This document shows, one piece after another, positions 61,894 through 64,000 of a stretch of DNA of 64,000 bases. Position numbers and translations under genes: made by a program. Within the stretch, counting starts at the first letter, position 1. Each line of letters begins with the position of its first letter. The notes under the pieces are model-generated. The model had not been told where the DNA came from. It made no database searches and was given only the letters and a program-made list of their open reading frames with translations. This DNA is from Candidatus Omnitrophota bacterium (GTDB taxonomy: Bacteria; Omnitrophota; Gorgyraeia; Zapsychrales; JANLHA01), in NCBI GenBank assembly GCA_020632555.1, contig JACKFI010000009.1:1966-65965 (forward strand). The letters run 5' to 3'.

Positions 61894-62979
61894 TTAAACA
61901 TAACTCTCAATTGCGGCTTCTTGCGCCAACCGAGCTTTGGCAATTCGCACAAAATACTCTTGTTCTTTTTTAATAATAATCGTTTTCACCGCATCAACCG
62001 CATTCCTTCGACGACGAACATTATTTTCAACAATTTGATCTAGCTGATCAATAGTCAAAAGTTCAATCCCTTGAACGTCGGCGACCGCAGGCTCAATATT
62101 GCGCGGCATTGAAATATCAATCAATGTTAAACCTCGTCCCTGGCGATGTGCCATGACCTCTTGCACCAAATCCGCCTCAATCAAATAATGCGGAGCTCCC
62201 GCCGAACAAATACAAGCATCTACTTTTAACAAAATCTCTTTCATCTGCCAAAATCCGACTGCCGTCGCTTGTATCTCACAAGCAACAGACGCTGCCTTAT
62301 CACAACTTCTATTCATCACATAAATATGCTCAACATTCTTATTGCGCAACTGTTCAGCAGCTAAATGACCCATTTTCCCTGCGCCAATCACCAGAATCGA
62401 TTTCCCTGCCAAAGTCCCCAATTTATTCTGCATTGTGGTCACCGCCGCCCAACTCACCGACGATCCACCAAAACCAACTTCTGTTTCTGTTTGCGCTTTT
62501 TTACCAGCACGAATCGCTACATTAGCCAGAATATTTAACTCACGCGTCATCATCCCTCGAGAACGAGCTAAATCAGCAGCCTGTTTAACCTGCCCAAGAA
62601 TTTGTTTTTCTCCCAACACCAAGGAATCTAAACCAGCCGCAACACATAAAAAATGTCGAACAGCCTGATCAGATTGATGACAATAAAAGTTGGGCAACGA
62701 TGATGACACATCCTTTATCTTTTTAACCTTAAAAAGAACATCCAGAATAATTTGTGGCGTGTCTGACAACAGGTGGGCATACACTTCCGTACGATTGCAC
62801 GTTGAGAGGACAAATGCACCAAAAACAACAGGGTTATTTTTGAGTTCACTCAGCAGAAGTTCTTTTTCCACGTCATTGAGAAAAAATTTCTCACGTAACT
62901 CGATAGTAGTATTTTTATGATTCAAACCAATCGAAAAGAAATGATTCATGGGCAATTGGGCAGATAAAATGTTTTTCAA
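61894..62979 (-). CDS. hemA: Glutamyl-tRNA reductase
   Basis: Contains SIGLNHKNTTIELREKF, the active-site STCNRTEVY and the NADPH motif GAGKMG. The track start is TTG at 62979; the ATG at 62949 (MNHFF) is the likelier start. Confidence 0.88.
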   Translation of the reverse strand: MKNILSAQLPMNHFFSIGLNHKNTTIELREKFFLNDVEKELLLSELKNNPVVFGAFVLSTCNRTEVYAHLLSDTPQIILDVLFKVKKIKDVSSSLPNFYCHQSDQAVRHFLCVAAGLDSLVLGEKQILGQVKQAADLARSRGMMTRELNILANVAIRAGKKAQTETEVGFGGSSVSWAAVTTMQNKLGTLAGKSILVIGAGKMGHLAAEQLRNKNVEHIYVMNRSCDKAASVACEIQATAVGFWQMKEILLKVDACICSAGAPHYLIEADLVQEVMAHRQGRGLTLIDISMPRNIEPAVADVQGIELLTIDQLDQIVENNVRRRRNAVDAVKTIIIKKEQEYFVRIAKARLAQEAAIESYV

Positions 62980-63094
62980 AAACGTTTATTAAACTGCTGA
63001 TAAAGAAAAATAATTTTTCAAACCATTATTTCATATCTGCATGAAAGCGCTAAACGATATGGCCTCAATTCTATAGCTAAACATAAAATTTAAC

Positions 63095-63110
63095 TGTGAC
63101 TACAATCACA
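63095..63110. promoter_or_regulatory. Perfect CRP-type palindrome TGTGA-N6-TCACA
   Basis: TGTGACTACAATCACA at 63095-63110 is embedded in the longer inverted repeat AAATTTAAC...GTTTAAATTT. It lies about 115-160 nt upstream of the hemA start candidates and 45 nt downstream of the crp-like stop. Confidence 0.7.
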
Positions 63111-63154
63111 CCGTTTAAATTTTTTTCATCCCCAAAATGCGTTTTTAAAAGCTG

Positions 63155-63856
63155 TCAAATCACCAATGCTTGCAAACCTTGCCGATTACGCACAACAATC
63201 CTCCGCGGTTGCAAATCAATCAAATCCGCTCGTTTAAGCTGCTGCAAATGACGTGTGATCGTTTCGCGGACCAACCCAAGCCTTTGAGCAATCTCTTCAT
63301 GAGTTAAAAATATTTCAGCAATTTCTTCATGTTTTACAAAATTATTTTCCAGCGCCAACGAGTCGAGAATAAGTTTTACTAACCGACGTTTGGGATCGTC
63401 CAAAGAAACCTCTTCAATCAAAGAACTAAACTTTTGAAGCCGCGCGGCAAAAATTTTATTCAACGACTGCGCTAACTGAGGGTTAGACTTAACCATTTGA
63501 TTATATTTATCGCGCGGAAAAATCCAAACATCACAATCAGTTAACGCTTGAGACGTAGATGAACAGCACCAAGCCGCAGCACCAGGATTACACGCGCAAG
63601 TATCGCCAGGATTCAGAATTTCTAAAATCTGCTCACGCCCCGTGGCCGCGGTTCGAAAAACTTTAATCCGACCAGAACGCACAATCACAATTTGATCACA
63701 GGCTTTACCATCAAAAAGCAAGATATCACCCTTGTGAAAAACTTTTTCCCGAATAACATCTTGAATCAATTTAAGGTCAAATGTACTTAAACCACGAAAA
63801 AGAGGAACTTGAGCAAGCGAAATTTTAGGAAGAATAGAAGCAGCGTTAAAACCCAT
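63155..63856 (-). CDS. Crp/Fnr-family transcriptional regulator
   Basis: 233 aa with a cNMP-binding-like beta-roll and a C-terminal HTH with a CRP-like recognition helix (VRETITRHL). It has an internal Cys cluster (CACNPGAAAWCC). Confidence 0.8.
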   Translation of the reverse strand: MGFNAASILPKISLAQVPLFRGLSTFDLKLIQDVIREKVFHKGDILLFDGKACDQIVIVRSGRIKVFRTAATGREQILEILNPGDTCACNPGAAAWCCSSTSQALTDCDVWIFPRDKYNQMVKSNPQLAQSLNKIFAARLQKFSSLIEEVSLDDPKRRLVKLILDSLALENNFVKHEEIAEIFLTHEEIAQRLGLVRETITRHLQQLKRADLIDLQPRRIVVRNRQGLQALVI

Positions 63857-64000
63857 GCATTAATAGTAATTGAACAGTATCTGGTTATCAATCATGTTTT
63901 AATAAATTAAAGTTTCAGGAATCATTCACTTTTTAATTTTAACTGCTTCTAAAATAAGAAGTTAAGTTTACACTGCGATTGACAAGTCCAAGTTTACGGC

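Overview
AT-rich bacterial chromosomal segment with about 75 genes, nearly all on the minus strand. Gene content suggests an anaerobic diderm, possibly from an uncultivated lineage, but I cannot assign taxonomy from sequence alone. No transposases, phage genes or CRISPR arrays were seen. Reading right to left in transcription order, the window holds eleven blocks. (1) A Crp-type regulator, a perfect TGTGA-N6-TCACA site, hemA, then a cytochrome/beta-barrel module: a monoheme c, an 8-heme periplasmic cytochrome, a ~690-aa outer-membrane barrel and a 3-TM 7-heme ImcH/NapC-like inner-membrane cytochrome. I read this as a candidate porin-cytochrome extracellular electron transfer conduit, and it is the most interesting system in the window. 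(2) A ~15 kb phosphate/polyphosphate block: ppx, ppk1, a convergent ROK glucokinase, a RimK-like ATP-grasp, dienelactone hydrolase, phoBR, a Pho box, a porin, pstSCAB and phoU. (3) A type IV pilus cluster: a dual-REC response regulator, pilB, pilC, two tandem pilin paralogs, a PilX-like protein, two minor pilins, a PilM-PilN fusion, PilO and a PilP-like protein. No secretin, prepilin peptidase or retraction ATPase is present. A membrane-anchored alkaline-phosphatase-superfamily enzyme follows the cluster. (4) A plus-strand cysD-cysN-arylsulfotransferase-like trio, translationally coupled and without an APS kinase. (5) nrdDG with tandem NrdR boxes. (6) An FMN-riboswitch-controlled ribBA-ribH-nusB-PHP-ribD-ribE operon, interrupted by a perfect 96-bp tandem duplication. 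(7) A fabF-like/fabG/fabZ trio whose KAS homolog has all three catalytic residues substituted, flanked by unusual GC-rich structured spacers. (8) metY, tRNA-Pro(CGG), acyP and ligA. (9) xerD, cca and rbfA-nrnA-truB-ribF. (10) The start of the dcw cluster, mraZ-rsmH-ftsL-ftsI-murE, with a periodic MraZ-type operator. (11) Several intrinsic terminators and regulatory sites readable by eye. All calls come from manual reading of the ORF track and sequence motifs; no database searches were run.
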